Shown here: in pieces, positions 12,401-28,200 of the stretch
Numbering within the stretch: the stretch's first letter is position 1
Layout of the letters: each line of letters opens with the position of its first letter
Origin: Tubulanus polymorphus
Lineage: Eukaryota > Animalia > Nemertea
DNA length: 64,000 nucleotides
Assembly (NCBI RefSeq): GCF_964204645.1
Contig: NC_134030.1
Location: 20,296,210 to 20,360,209 of the forward strand
Reading direction: 5' to 3'
Notes under the pieces: generated by a model
Seen by the model: only the letters and a program-made list of their open reading frames with translations
Databases searched by the model: none
What the model was told of the DNA's origin: nothing
Made by a program: the position numbers and the translations under genes

Positions 12401-15400
12401 TGTTAGTTGTAAAAACGATTACTTGGCCCCCGATACATGGAATAGAGTTATAGGCCGGGGGTATTAATACCAAATTAGGAGAGTATTTGAACTAGACACT
12501 GTTTAGGATACCTGCGCTATATAAATGACATTTTACCATTATCATCATTAGTAATGTAGTTAAGAACATACCCCCATTATATATCCCCCGGTAAATATCC
12601 CGATTTTTTTGGGGGGGACCGGGGGTTACCAGGGCAAGCGACTATTGTCGCGAAAAAAGTTTTACAGGACGCTCGATCGGACTTTATCCTGTCATTAGCA
12701 AACTTTTTGACGAGGCCAGTAATATTATATCCTCACTGGACCGGCCTAATAACCATCCTAAACGCGTATCGCATCATCCTCAGCCGCGACATAGGATCGT
12801 ATGGTGACTACTTCCAGTCACAAGTAACATCATCATCTCATCTATAAATCTGCGAATTATTAGTCACCATAGCAACTGCGTCGGATGGATCGTATGCGCA
12901 CGTATCTCAGTTAGGTTTCGAATGTACCTTCGGTGCGGTGTCTCGTAACTGAAAATCAATACTCATCACCATTGTCGACGACGACGACGACGACGGAGAC
13001 AAAGCGAGGTCACACGTGTGTCAGAATTCAGAATTCCGGCCGCTACTCCGGCCACAAGAGATGCCCATTTCATATATCGATGAATTTTCGGACGGCTCAT
13101 TTCGAACGGGCCATCCTACAGTAAATGCCCTTATAATGCTACAACCAATGCGCAACATTGCTTTAGAAACGAATTTGGTAACGTTGTTAAGTAATTGCCG
13201 ATTTGTGACAGGTTCTGATATATTGCTACGGCAAATCCACTTCAATTTCTTCAAAAACATAGCATACAGTCAGGCCTCGATATACCGCCCACATCGGTGC
13301 AGAATGATTTTGGTGGTGTAGAGGGTATGGCGGTATATCGGGGGTGTTTTACTATGTATTTGTATAGAGATATACATCGAGAAAAACCTGGCGGTAGGCG
13401 GGGTGGCGGTGTATTGGAGGGCTGTATTTGTATTGGGATGTATATTAAGAAAACCTGGCGGCAGGCGAGGGTGGTGGTAAATGGGAGGGGGGTATATCGG
13501 GGGTGTTTTACTATGTATTTGTATTGAGATGTATATTGAGAAAAACCTGGCGGTAGGCGAGGATGGCGGTAAATGGGAGGGCGGTATATCGGTGGGTTGA
13601 CTATATATTCAAAGAAAAAAAACTGTCATTCAGTAAATTATTGTCGTTGCACTTCCAATGCCACCGAATGGTATTTTCATCGAACTGAAGGATGATGACG
13701 GACTGTTGACAGTATTTCTAAATCAGCTGAGAGGCTGAAGGCCCCCCTTCCTCCAGATTCAGTTTCAGAAATAATGAAAACAATCGATACCGCGTTAAAC
13801 CGGGCAGTCCATTCCGAATCGGTTTACACCGACGAGTGGCTGGCTAAAGTCGATAAACTAAGCGCGCTCAGAACTCGATACAGCGAGAAACAGCCCCGGG
13901 ATTCAGCTGCTTTTTACCGTTTAAAAAGACGGCAGTTCGTGGAAGAATCTCTCGTGGTTTTCGGCCATTTTTAAAGGGAAATTCGATACCGTTGAAGACA
14001 CCTATGCGACGAACGTGCTTAGTCTATACCGGGATTGCAGCCCGGATAAAACTTTTTTTTTCATTGATTCGCACGAAACAAGACGAAACCCGTCCACGTT
14101 TCCGGGAAAAACATTTCGCAACAATCTTACTCGGAAATAATCGAGTTTTGCGCGCGGCGTTATTTCGAAGCACTCCGAACACGCGCCGAGGTTATCGCTA
14201 AAAAAAAAGAACGAGTACTCTTGACACACTGTTGAGGGAAACCTAGGCTCTTAGAAATTTGCTTGAATAGACCGTAAACGTATGCGGTCACTAGAAAGCC
14301 GGTAGGGGACACCTTAACGTGTGTCGACGAAACCTACTCTTAGAAGCGACGTACTTCAAGATACTCTGAAGTGCTGGAATTTCGAGAATTCCACTTGAAA
14401 ATTCCACCCAGTGCATCGTACACTGGGCATACTGCTAGTACCTAATATACCTACCAGTACAGTACGTTATACCTACCTTACAGAACAGTGTATTACAGAT
14501 ACCACTATTGCATCTACCCTGCAGTACGGTGTATTACAGACACCACTATTGCATCTACCCTATAGTACGCTGTATTAGAGATACCACTATTGCATCTACC
14601 CTGCAGTACGGTGTATTACAGACACCACTATTGCATCTACCCTGCAGTACGGTGTATTACAGATACCACTATTGAATCTACCCTGCAGTACGGTGTATTA
14701 CAGACACCACTATTGCATCTACCCTGCAGTATGGTGTATTACAGATACCACTATTGAATCTACCCTGCAGTATGGTGTATTACAGACACCACTATTGCAT
14801 CTACCCTGCAATATGGTGTATTACAGATACCACTATTGAATCTACCCTGCAGTACGGTGTATTACAGATACCACTATTGAATCTACCCTGCAGTACGGTG
14901 TATTACAGACACCACTATTGCATCTACCCTGCAGTATGGAGTATTACAGACACCACTATTGTATCTACCCTGCAGTATGGTGTATTACAGATACCACTAT
15001 TGAATCTACCCTGCAGTACGGTGTATTACAGACACCACTATTGCATCTACCCTGCAGTATGGTGTATTACAGATACCACTATTGAATCTACCCTGCAGTA
15101 TGGTGTATTACAGACACCACTATTGCATCTACCCTGCAATATGGTGTATTACAGATACCACTATTGAATCTACCCTGCAGTACGGTGTATTACAGATACC
15201 ACTATTGAATCTACCATGCAGTACGGTGTATTACAGACACCACTATTGCATCTACCCTGCAGTACGGTGTATTACAGACACCACTATTGCATCTACCCTG
15301 CAGTATGGAGTATTACAGACACCACTATTGCATCTACTCTGGAGTATGGTGTATTACAGACACCACTATTGCATCTACCCTGCAGTGCGATGTATAACAG

Positions 15401-18400
15401 GCATACCACTACTGCATTTACCCTATAGTTTGGTGTATTACAGACTTACTGCATTATTGCATCTACCCTGCAGTACGGTGTATAACAGGCGTATAGCTAA
15501 AGTAATTCTGCAACATGGCACAACATATTGCTAGTTACTAGTAATATTTCATAATGTCTGACAGGTGCGGCCATCTTAAAATCGTGATAACAACTTTAAG
15601 TTTGTCATCGATTTATACACCGCACTGCGGGGTAAAACCACCGAAATGGTTTTAAAGGCCGAGGAGTATGGATGCTAGTTAACCGGGTGGCAAACACTTG
15701 AGATCGGCCGTCCCACTTTTACAGTATCTTGTTTAAAATGTTTAGAGTGAGCGAGGTTGGCTCACAACAGAAAAGCAGGTCACACACAGTAAAATTTGAC
15801 AAATTCATAAAAGTTTTCATATCAAGTTCTAAACTAATTTTATATAATCTAGTCATAGTGGGAATGAAAATCTGATGCTAGCGATCTTTTTTTGTAGAGA
15901 TAGGGCCAAGATTAAACATTTTAGAGACATTTCAAATTTTTTGAAAATCATCAATTTTTATCCGATTTCGATGAAATTAGGACACAACATTGATGGTAGA
16001 TAGCTAAACAAGTGTACGAAATTTCAGACTGATCCATTGACCATAGAAAAAGTTTTGATGTTGCCAAATTTTGGTACTATGAATGAGGCTATGTTTTGTT
16101 TATGTATACTGATGACTATAGGTATCAAATTACTGTTAATGTGCTCTGTGAGCTACACTAATTCACTGGATAACTCCTCCCTCTATGTCATTCAAAGATT
16201 CAAATTTTGAAGGAAATACCAACTAAAAAGCTTAATTTCTCGTAGAGGAGGGCCTAAAACATATTTTTGACTGCAGAAATGAATATATTACACATTAATA
16301 CATATGTCTGACAAAAAGGAGGGTCCAAATCGGATAACTGACAGAGAAAATAGGAGATTTCCAGTTTCAACCGTTGGAGCTCTCCACTGCACTATTGCTT
16401 CATGGGTACTGCCATCTTTGACATTGATTGGGCTTTTATACTGCTCCTCGGCCTTTAAGGAAGACGGCGACTGAGTTATAGCGAAACTCTGAACTACGAT
16501 TGCCCTATCAGGTAGACCACCGGCGTAATGATGCAGCAGATCGTGTGAAAGGTACTGATGACCTATGAATCACACTGTGTTGTTCCATGCGGTATTCGAT
16601 TACGTGTCAGCTGAAGGTGAATTTAAGTCACATAAGTAAGTCTAATTTGACTATACCGTGTGCCAGAGTTAGTCACCTAATCACAATATTGTCTCTAAAT
16701 GAATTCGAAACCACGTACTATTGTGTAACTGTAGCTGAATATTATGTAACACTTGCCATGCACGCCATTCAACTGACTAATGATAAATCCATGTAACTGA
16801 AACCAAGTCATTGATTTATAGGCCTCGCAGGTGTCTGCTTGTGCCTGGACTGGAGGCCAATCTCGATTTAGTTTTTTTTATTCGCAAACAGTCAATTATG
16901 CATTTAGTTGCTGTAGTTAGGACTATCAGTTTCCAGCAAACAAAACGCCCAGTCTGCTCTATATTTTTAGGGTAGTCTATAAAGAAATTTCAGTCAAGTT
17001 TTCAGCCAAGTCTGGCGTAACATCAACAGATTTACTCTACATACATAAGGCACTCTACATGTAAAATGTCAAAGTCCAGTCAGACTGTGTACTCCAGCAT
17101 ACTCTACAAATAGTGTTCACGTAGACCACTATACTCTTCATGTAGTGTAAATGTAGTCCAGTCTACAGTCAGATAGTGTCAATGTAGTCCAGTCTACAGT
17201 CAGATAGTGTAAATGTAGTCCAGTCTACAGATAGTGTCACAGATAGTGTCAGTGTCAATTTAGTCCAGTCTACAGATAGTGTCAATGTAGTCCAGTCTAC
17301 AGATAGTGTAAATGTAGTCCAGTCTACAGTCAGATAGTGTAAATGTAGTCCAGTCTACAGTCAGATAGTGTAAATGTAGTCCAGTCTACAGTCAGATAGT
17401 GTAAATGTAGTCCAGTCTACAGTCAGATAGTGTAAATGTAGTCCAGTCTACAGATAGTGTCACAGATAGTGTCAGTGTCAATGTAGTCCAGTCTACAGAC
17501 AGTGTCAATGTAGTCCAGTCTACAGACAGTGTCAATGTAGTCCAGTCTAAGGATGGTGTATAGTGTCCTAGTCTACAGATAGTAGTGCGAATCAAGTCCA
17601 GCAACGGTAAATTAAATGTAGACCAGTCTACAGACATTGTAAATGTAGTTCAGTATACAGACATTGTAAATGTAGTCCAGTCTACAAAGAGGTTTAATGA
17701 AGCCCGCAACACCGCTCATCAATCTTGATGTTTGAAGAATATTTATGAGTTACATAATGATGCTATAATTCACCGGCAGTGAAGGGGTCATCAAGTACAT
17801 AATCACGTGTTATCTACACTGGAAACATCTTGAAATAGCGTCATAAACAAAAAGCGATATTCATAATTGAAAACGAAAAAGGAAGGCGACATGACGTACT
17901 GCATGAACCGGGTTCCAGCGATATACCACCACCAGCAGCAGCGCTACCCTGCACAGCAACACCCGCCCGTAATATAAATTCATCTACTACACCGCCGTCT
18001 CCGTCATCTACGGCTCGGTACGGTAACCATAGGGTCGTAATCACGCGTAACCATAGAAACCATCAAGATGTTGGACACGGCTAGGTCATAAGAAAGGTAG
18101 CGCGAATAATAAGTAAGCCGTAAAGATGATTCTAGACTATACGACGACAGTGCACAGCATCGAGTTTAACATCTAAATGTATCTGAACAATACCATTAGG
18201 CCTAAACATGTTGTGAATTCATTGAATAGATTAATGTCTAATGTCTGGTATCTGTCTCAAATAATGTTCTGACCAGAAGAGTGGATGATCAGTTTTTGAA
18301 AGTGTACGGATAAAATGTCTAATATCTGGTGTTTGTAGTTCATTTTCAATTAAAAATGTCTCAGATGAAGCACTGAACGCATGTGAAGTGTGGACGATCA

Positions 18401-21400
18401 GTTTTTGAAAGTGTGCTGATAAAATGTCTAATGTCTGGTGTTTGTAGTTCATTTTCAATTAAAAATGTCTCAGATGAAGCACTGAACACATGTGAAGTGT
18501 GGACGATCAGTTTTTGAAAGTGTGCTGATAAAATGTCTAATATCTGGTGTTTGTAGTTCATTTTCAGTTAGAAATATCTCAGGTGAAGCACTGAACACAT
18601 GTGAAGTGTGGACGATCAGTTTTTGAAAGTGTGCTGATAAAATGTCTAATATCTGGTGTTTGTAGTTCATTTTCAATTAGAAATGTCTCAGGTGAAGCAC
18701 TGAACACATGTGAAGTGTGGACGATCAGTTTTTGAAAGTGAGCTGATAAAATGTCTAATATCTGGTGTTTGTAGTTCATTTTCAATTAGAAATGTCTCAG
18801 GTGAAGCACTGAACACATGTGAAGAGTGGACGATCAGTTTTTGAAAGTGAGCTGATAAAATGTCTAATATCTGGTGTTTGTAGTTCATTTTCAATTAGAA
18901 ATGTCTCAGGTGAAGCACTGAACACATGTGAAGTGTTGACGATCAGTTTTTGAAAGTGTTCTGATAAAATGTCTAATATCTGGTGTTTGTAGTTCATTTT
19001 CAATTAGATATGTTTCACGTGAAGCATTGAACACATAAAATCTCTATCCATGAGCAAAAAATAGCAATATATAGTGAATGAAATATTTTGAAATATCAAA
19101 CCTGAGTGCAGAATCCAGATTGATACATGCAATATGCATTAAGCTGATGAAAATGAATCAATGAATTGCTGCTGTTTTTTACAAATCTAATCTAAACATT
19201 CGCGCGATCATTGTGAATTGTGATATTGTTATTTGATTGTAATCTATTGTTTCCCGCGATGGTTTTTGCGACCGTCCTCGTTCCTCGGTGCGCTCAGTTA
19301 CCATGGTTACGGCATCTATCAATCGCGGTAATATTCGGAATTTCTCGTACAATCAGAAGCAGAGGCCAGTGACTTACACGAGACAAATATGTATCGGAAT
19401 TGACCTCGAAAAATTTCTACGGCATATATTTTTCGAAGTGCGTAAGTAGTATAGATTTAGGCGTAGTCTACTGAACTACAAACTAGATACAATTTCTAAT
19501 TCTCTATTTCTCAAAAGTGCAGGGATCCTGGAAGAGCTCAAGGAGTCGCAGGGATCCTGGAAGAGCTCAATGAGTCGCAGGGATCCTGGAAGAGCTCAAG
19601 GATTTGCAGGGATCCTGGAAGGATTCAAGATGTCGCAGGGAACCTGGAAGGACTCAAGGAGTCGCAGGGATCCTGCAAAAACTCAAGGAGTCGCAGGGAT
19701 CCTGGAAGGATTCAAGATGTCGCAGGGAACCTGGAAGGACTCAAGGAGTCGCAGGGATCCTGCAAGAACTCAAGGAGTCGCAGGGATCCTGCAAGAACTC
19801 AAGGAGTCGCAGGGATCCCGCAAGAACTCAAGGAGTCGCAGGGATCCTGCAAGAACTCAAGGTATTGCAGGGATCCTGGACAGAGTTTCAGTACGACATT
19901 ATCAAAATTGTGCTATTTGTGGCAACATTCCGATTCAAGGTTTCGTAATAACCGATAAATTGTTTTATATACAAGCGAGGTCGTTATAACTAGTTTTCAT
20001 AGAACAGTTCTGCAATTTCGCCGATATTCAACGGCTCTTTAGCGCGCATGCAAGCGAGAAGTGGTCCTCCCCCAGCGAAGCCTGCAGTGCATGCTTCACG
20101 AATGGCACTCTTACACCGAGATACTCAAAAACACTTCATGTTTTAAATCGTCCCGAAGAGCCCTCCGTCTCGATAGGTATCCGCCGATATCAACAGCCGC
20201 TCGGATCAGCCGTGCAGGTAGTCGCGCGCCGCGGTACACGTCGCACTCACGCCTTTCTCATTAATATTTCAAAAACATCTCACCCGAGACTGATCACAAA
20301 CACCGATGAATTTGATTAACCCTTTCATTGCGTCTACACTGCAGTGCGGTGTATATATCGTTGATGAATTTTGCTAGTACACCACACTGCAGTGTATTGA
20401 TGTATCTCTATTGAAAGATGGCAGCACCTGTCAAACATTGTGAAATACTAGTAACTAACGATACACCGCGCCGCGGTGTAGACGCACCATAGTGGTATTC
20501 CCGTTATTCAACACACTAGGGTGGAATCTTCCAAAATTTCTAGATTATCTCCAGCACTATAGGGTATTAATTAGTCCGCACTGAAAGGGTTAACTCAGTG
20601 CGCACAAAGGTACGAAACAGGCTGTGAAACCTCGGACCCTTGAAAGTCAGACAGAAACCCAACGGTTCCCAAGTCTCTCCAAATTTCATAGGATTCTGCT
20701 GGCTCAGCCTGTGCCTTGTCCGCGCAGGATGTTAACCCGCTATTTCTAAAGAACAAAGAAGGCCAACAGTCAGCCATCTCGAATGATGGAACTTTCAAAA
20801 TCCATAGGGCTGTTTTGTGCATTACCAGACAACATGTCAGCAGGCAATTTCATGATTGTATTCACTCTAGTTCAGCGTGTATCTTATACATAAGATCGTT
20901 TTCCTGCTATTCTCGTGGAAAGACGGCCACCAGTCAGCCAGCTTGAAAAGTTGAACCTCCCGGCTATGCAAATTTTCGAGGTCACAATTTTTCATTCGAA
21001 ATACTAATTGATATTTGGGGTGAAAGTGATAGATAATTTGTAATTAAAGGCCCATTGGTATGAGCAGTAGTAAACCGGGTGGTAAGCACTTGAGATGGGC
21101 CGTCCCACTAGCTACACTAACATGTTGATGATGTTTACAGTGAGTAAGGGTGGCTTACAACTGTAACTGTAGAGGTCACACACTGTAATATCTGACAAAT
21201 TCATAAATTTTCATATAAAGTTCTGAGGTAATTTTAAATGGTGCAGTCTTATTGGGGATGAAAATCTGAAGCTTGTGATCATTTTCTGTAAGAAAAGGAC
21301 CAAGATTAAAGAATTTGGCGAAATTTTGAGATTTTAAGAAATTTTCAATTTTTATCCGATTTTGATGAAATTTGGGCATAACACTGAAGGTAGATAGCTT

Positions 21401-22224
21401 AACAAGTGTATGAAATTTCAGACTGATTCCTTGATCGGGAAAAAAGTTTTTTGTAGTGAGATTTTGGTACTATGAATTAGCCTATATTTTTGTTTATGTG
21501 TAGTGATGATCTAGGGTATCATGTTACTGTTACTGTGCCATGCAAGCTACGCTGATTCACTGGATAACTCCTCCCTTTACGTCATTCAAAGATTCAAATT
21601 TTGAAGAAAATACCAACGAAATTGCTTAATTACTCGAAGAGGAGGGTCTAAAACATAATTTTAACTGCAGAAATGAATATATTATACATTAGTACATATG
21701 TCTGACAAAAAGGAGGATCCAAATCGGATAACTGACAGAGAAAATAGGAGAATTCCAGTTTCCACCATTGGAGCTCCTCACTGCTCCACGGGTTCAAAGA
21801 TACTGCCATGTCTGACATTGATTGGGCTTTTATACTGCCAGTGGGCCTTTAATATCAGGTTTGTTTTTGGCAGGCGGACGGAGGAACCACGCGTTCCTCT
21901 TCAATTCAATAATAACGCACTTTGCTAATGCTCGAAATGACAATTTGCCCTTTTTGTAACTATGGTAACAGCTGCTCATACAGGCTGCTGTACCTGGACG
22001 TTAATTCCGCCCGTGTCGACCGAGTGCAGTTTATTACCCCGAACACTGCGCTGTCTTATTAGAGAAAATCTTCAATTATTCAAACTGATGAGATATCTAG
22101 GCCTAACACAGGTATTAATCGACCACCTGGCTTCACCCTAGTCCAGTAATAAACAATGCCCGATGTCTGGTGTTTCATTTCTTTTTTTCCTTGTCATGGT
22201 GGCTGGTTTTATTTCATAATAGCC

Positions 22225-22259
<35 letters not shown>

Positions 22260-25200
22260 TTTATTTTTATGTAGCGTTATTCTCATTACAGACTCGTAAC
22301 GCCTTTAAATAAAACAGGATTTGACATGTGACCTTGTATTTAAGCAGTTTTATCCTTTACACTTGGTTTCTAATTCAGGGTCCGATCCAAGGAATGAAAG
22401 CCACTTGTCCGGGGGGCAAGCATATCTGTAATTTCGCTTGCCCCCTCCAAAAGCTGCTTGCCCTACGCAGGCAATCCGATTGGTGGCACTATCATCCGTT
22501 GTATCGAGTGGGGAAAAAAGCTTTGTGACATAAAATTGCAATAGCGCGGGGGACAAGTGATAATGATAACCTACTCGCCCTGATGAGAATATACTTGTCC
22601 CGGGCAATCGGACAAGTGCTTAGATCGGACCTAGTAATTTGGTTACCGCCTAATTGGGTAAAGAAACAAAATCCTGGTGCAAACTGTACCGATTTTAAGC
22701 GCAGTCTACCGTGCAACTGCTAACATTTCTAATCGCCTATTTCTCAAAATCGATAGTTTTAAAAGAGTTTTTGGCATTTTGCCTGAGAGTTTCAAGCACC
22801 TTTCAGAGCAATTTCTGGAGTTTTTAAATGAATCAAGTAGTCATAGGGACCCTGACCGTATGAATCCTGTTGCATGTTATATCATGGCATCGATAATTTT
22901 GCTTTTCTCGATTTCAACAGCACAATTTCACAAATGCAGCCTATAATCATCAGGTTAAACATGGCCGCCAGACGAGGGTTAAAATATCCTATCGACGATA
23001 TCTCAAACAGAAATTGTCAGATTGATAATTGGAAAATGATCTAGTAGGCAATTAATGTAACGCAATCCTCCGGCAATGGCGCACTAAAATCCAACTATTG
23101 ATTTATCCGTTTTAAAAAACCGTCTGCAAGTATTCGTAATAAAGGCGTCTGCTGCGTGTAGGGGAATAGCTGCAGCTTTCAACATTTCAATTAAAACCTA
23201 ATCTACGACGCGAATCAATTATTACTAGTGTAAACTGCACCGAGTGCTCCGGGGGGGGGGGGTAAGACGGGCGATCTTCTCAAGGCCTGTGTACGCGAAG
23301 TCCGATATTGCCACCATGACCGTTAGTTACATGGACGGGTGTAGGGAAATTGGTAGGTCGGGGTCCAGAAGATAAGAAAAGGTATCTGTCAGATAAAGCA
23401 GCCATATCAACGCCTATTAGCGGGGTCCGACCCTCGTTATCGAGGAACGCGTTTCTTAAGAAATAGTTCCTAAAAGATGCAAATTTCGAGAAGATTAGTG
23501 TAAAATGTCCAGGTTTTTCTAATATCTTGACGAAAAAGGCAACCTCAGTAGGAAGGCGGGGCCAGCGGTCCAGACCCCATGAGATCATCCCCCTAAATCC
23601 TTCTCTGTCCACCCTATCTAAGAACATGTCAGGGTTACTTGGTCACCAAGCCAGTAGCAGGGCTGCCAAACTCTGAAAAATGCTATCAGTAACAAATTGA
23701 CTTATTTTCAGTAACATTTCATTGAAATATGAAAGAAAATGTTCAAATTAATCAGTAATCAACAGTAAGACCCTCAGTAACATCTTTCATATTTCTGTTC
23801 AAATCAATCAGTAATCAACAGTAAGACCCTCAGTTACATCTTTCATATTTCTGTTCAAATCAATCAGTAATCAACAGTAAGACCCTCAGTAACATCTTTC
23901 ATATTTCTGTTCAAATTAATCAGTAATCAACAGTAAGACCCTCAGTAACATCTTTCATATTTCTGTTCAAATCAATCAGTAATCAACAGTAAGACCCTCA
24001 GTAACATCTTTCATATTTCTGTTCAAATTAATCAGTAATCAACAGTAAGACCCTCAGTAACATCTTTCATATTTCTGTTCAAATCAATCAGTAATCAACA
24101 GTAAGACCCTCAGTAACATCTTTCATATTTCTGTTCAAATTAATCAGTAATCAACAGTAAGACCCTCAGTAACATCTTTCATATTTCTGTTCAAATTAAT
24201 CAGTAATCAACAGTAAGACCCTCAGTAACATCTTTCATATTTCTGTTCAAATTAATCAGTAATCAACAGTAAGACCCTCAGTAACATCTTTTATCTGTAC
24301 GCATCTTACAAGTCTAATCAGTATTTCTCGTAATAAAAGAGTAACAAATACTGAAAACAAGCAACAGTTGGCAGCTCTGCATTAGCATGGAGGGGGAGGT
24401 CATGACGAACCGCACAAAATGCGAAAAAGGCCACCAAAAACTGCCCATAAAAGAGTCAGGCTATTTCGATATTTTTGGGCTGTAATCGAGCTCTTACTCT
24501 CAAATACAGTTATTGTAGTCAGGTCCACATACGTAGGCTACACCCACACACAAATCAGACATCGCGACAATTTCGAATAATTGCGACTTTAATCAGACTA
24601 TGAGACTACACAAAAATCTGACCCAATAATTCAACCAAGCCCCCAGTATATAGTAATGTAATTGATATAAACCGCAGCTTAATGAGAATGAACAGTTGAA
24701 TTTGTTGTATACACACACATAATACTGGCGGCAGTTATCGAATTGTGTCCATCATCACGATGATTAATGATGCGAAAAATCAAAACAATTTAATACCAGA
24801 TCTGGTATTTATATCGAATTGAGGAGCGACTATTCGTTAATTCATGGTTAACTAGTACTAACCGAGCTACTGAGTGCCTATTTAACCTAATTGCGCGTAA
24901 TTATCTACTCAAAAACCCATCGTTTAAATAGCTATTAATGATAACAGTCGGTTCGCTAGGTCAGACCTGACGCAGTGACATAACATGATATATCAGCAGC
25001 CTGGAACCGCCATCATACAAGACATTCATGTGTAGTAGTAACCAGAGTAGTAACATCACTTTCAAAATGTCTAATATCTGGTGTTTGTAGTTCATTTTCA
25101 ATTAGAAAAGTCTCAGGTGAAGCACTGGACACATGTGAAGTGTGGACGATCAGTTTTTGAAAGTGTGCTGATAAAATGTCTAATATCTGGTGTTTGTAGT

Positions 25201-28200
25201 TCATTTTCAATTAGAAATGTCTCAGATGAAGCACTGAACACATGTGAAGTGTGGACGATCAGTTTTTGAAAGTGTGCTGATAAAATGTCTAATATCTGGT
25301 GTTTGTAGTTCATTTTCAATTAGAAATGTCTCAGATGAAGCACTGAACACATGCCCCTCGTTGATATTTCCTAGCTAAAGAATATTCTTGGAGCCTAACG
25401 AAATTATGAAGACAACGATAGGGCCCACTCACTGTTATACGGGGCCTACTTTATTTCAACACGACAAACTGCGACAACTCTTTAGTTTGTCACACGCCCT
25501 TAGTTCGACGCTTAAAACATGGTTTCATCACGTGGCTTAACCCAATCCACGACGACACTACATCGAATACTGTGAATTATTGAACGAGAGACCAACATCC
25601 CGCTGTCCAACAGTAACGATCAATAGTCTCCGGCGACTCCCTCCAAGATCATTTCAATCTGATGGAGCTATTTACTGCGTGAATAGCCCTACTGTCGACC
25701 CTAGCAGCAGCAGCAGCATCAGCAGCAGTAGCATCCATACATCAAAAATCAATAATTACTGATGATACCGAAGATGACTGGTCAATATGATGGAATCAGC
25801 TGAGCTACTTAGGTGGGTGTAAAGGTATATGTCTCTTAGCAACACGATCCAGTAACGCTGAGTCATTGACAGCGGTTTATTTCAGTCAGGCTGATACAAG
25901 TTGCACTTCTTGGCAAGGGCAAAATGACATTTCTCTTATATCATTTAAGATCGAGGCCCTCGCACCTAATCCACAACATAGGCCTAATCCTTGAAAGCCG
26001 TTTAGGATCGTCAGAAAAAGTCTTTGCGATAACAAAGTCAAAAGTTGGCGCTTTTAGAAATGAAATAAAATCATTTAAGACCACAGATCTCGTCTCAATC
26101 CACAACATGAATCGTTGATTTGTGAAATTCGTTGTCTACATATAGGCCTAGGGATATGAGATTGAGATATGAGACCTATATGGGATTGAAAGTGCCCGGG
26201 CCCGGTTTTATCGACTGGTATCATCTTTAACCCAGGGTTTAACTGAATAATAAATGAATTGAGTTAGCCCAGCCCTCAGGTAAAAGTTAATAACAGTCTA
26301 TAAAACCTGCATCTGGTTCAAATCACTGCAGAGTCTCACTACGTCATCAGGGCCCGGTTTTATATACTGGTATTACCTTTAAAGGTTTAACTGAATTGAA
26401 AATAAATTGAGTTAGCCCCCGGATTCAAGTTAATACCAGTCTATAAAACCGGGCCCAAGCTATTACGCGGGCAATCATAATTGAACGCGAAATAATTTTG
26501 GATAGGCCTAGACCAATAGTCGAAAGTAAGCACTTTTTTATGAAGACCTTTTTTGAATTTTTTACAAAAGGCACCTCGTTCTAAGGAGCTTAGAAAATTT
26601 TTGTGAAAAGTAAGCACTTTTTTAGCGCTTCGATGCCTGACGAAGCCTAAGGGTAGACACCAGAACTTCATACACATAAATATAACGCTTTAAAAATAAC
26701 AAGTTATAACCGAGAATCAGATATACGCGGAAATAATAACTCAGCCTCGGGGGGGGGCGCGTGACGAAAATCGGTTTTAAATCCGACTTCCTAGATTGCG
26801 AAATCGATGACGCAGATATGATGAACGTCTGTTTAAACGACTCGGGGAAATCATTTCAAACGTATTTCGTTACTCGGAAAAAAAGGCGCAACCTTTCAGA
26901 TTAAGACAGGTTACGACTTTCAGTGCGGTGTATGAATCAGTGATAGATTTTGCTAGTACACCACAATGCGGTGTGTTGATGTAATTAGTAATTATCCCTC
27001 TTGAAAAATGGCAGCACCTGTCAAACATAGTGAAATATTAGTAACTAACGATACACCGCACCACAGTGTAGACGCACTTTAGTGGTATTCCCGTTATTCA
27101 ACACACTAGGGTGGAATTTTTTAAAATTTTCAAATTATCTCCAGCACTGTAGGGTATTAATAGTAAGCACTGAAAGGGTTAAGTGACTCGGGGAAATCAT
27201 TTCAAATGCATTTCGTTACTCGGAAAAAAAGGCGCAACCTTTAAGATTAAGACAGGTTACGACTAGGCCTAAATGAATTTCGGTTTAGGAATGCTGTTAC
27301 ACAGATCTACGCTCTATATTTGAATATATCAATCTGGTTGAGATTTCCACTCGAGGATATTTCAGAGCCAACTATTCAGTGTAGTCGCTTCTCGTTCATT
27401 TACAAATCTCTTATTTTTCCACGTTGTAACACGAATTCCGCGAGCGAGGAATTTCTTGCTTTAAAGTGTTTACTCATTCATTCGTTTTCCCCCGATTTTT
27501 TTTACTTCCCGAGTTTTGGTAGCTTTCGGCAAAATTTGTCAATTCCGAGTTTTCCCCGATCTTTTTAAGATTATTCTGATTTCCTGAGTTTTCCAGGTCA
27601 GCGGCCGCCCAGCTTCTACATGGACATCCACCAGACATTTCTTCTAAGCCAAAGCCAAACCAAAGTTAGGCTTTAGCCTAGTTACTGACTAATTCAACCT
27701 TTCAATTATGGTACTTACTAAACCACAGTTCAGTAACTGACTAAACCAGTCCGTTTACTGACAAAACAATAGTCCATTTACTGACTAAACTGCAGTCCAA
27801 TTAGGCCTACCGCCTCAACCAAGCCGCAGTCCAGTTATAAACTAAACCGCAGTCCAGTTACTGATACTGACTAAAACATGGTTAGGTTTGACTATAAAAC
27901 CAAACAGTCCAGGTAGATAGTTAGGCCTACTTAACTGACTACCATTACCAACCAAGCCCACCACCACGGTACCGACCGGCGACAGTCGTTGTTAGTCGTC
28001 TGACTGACAGACTAAACCAACAATAATGAATATCAAAACCAATCGAGATTAAATGCGTAAAATTGAGGACTAAATATCATTCCAATCATGGAACGACCGA
28101 ACTGGGTCGACATGATATACGACAACGACATTCCGAGATTCTCTCCTCCATTTCAATATTTTCATTAAACAACAAACAGAAAGTGAGTTTGAACGCGGCC

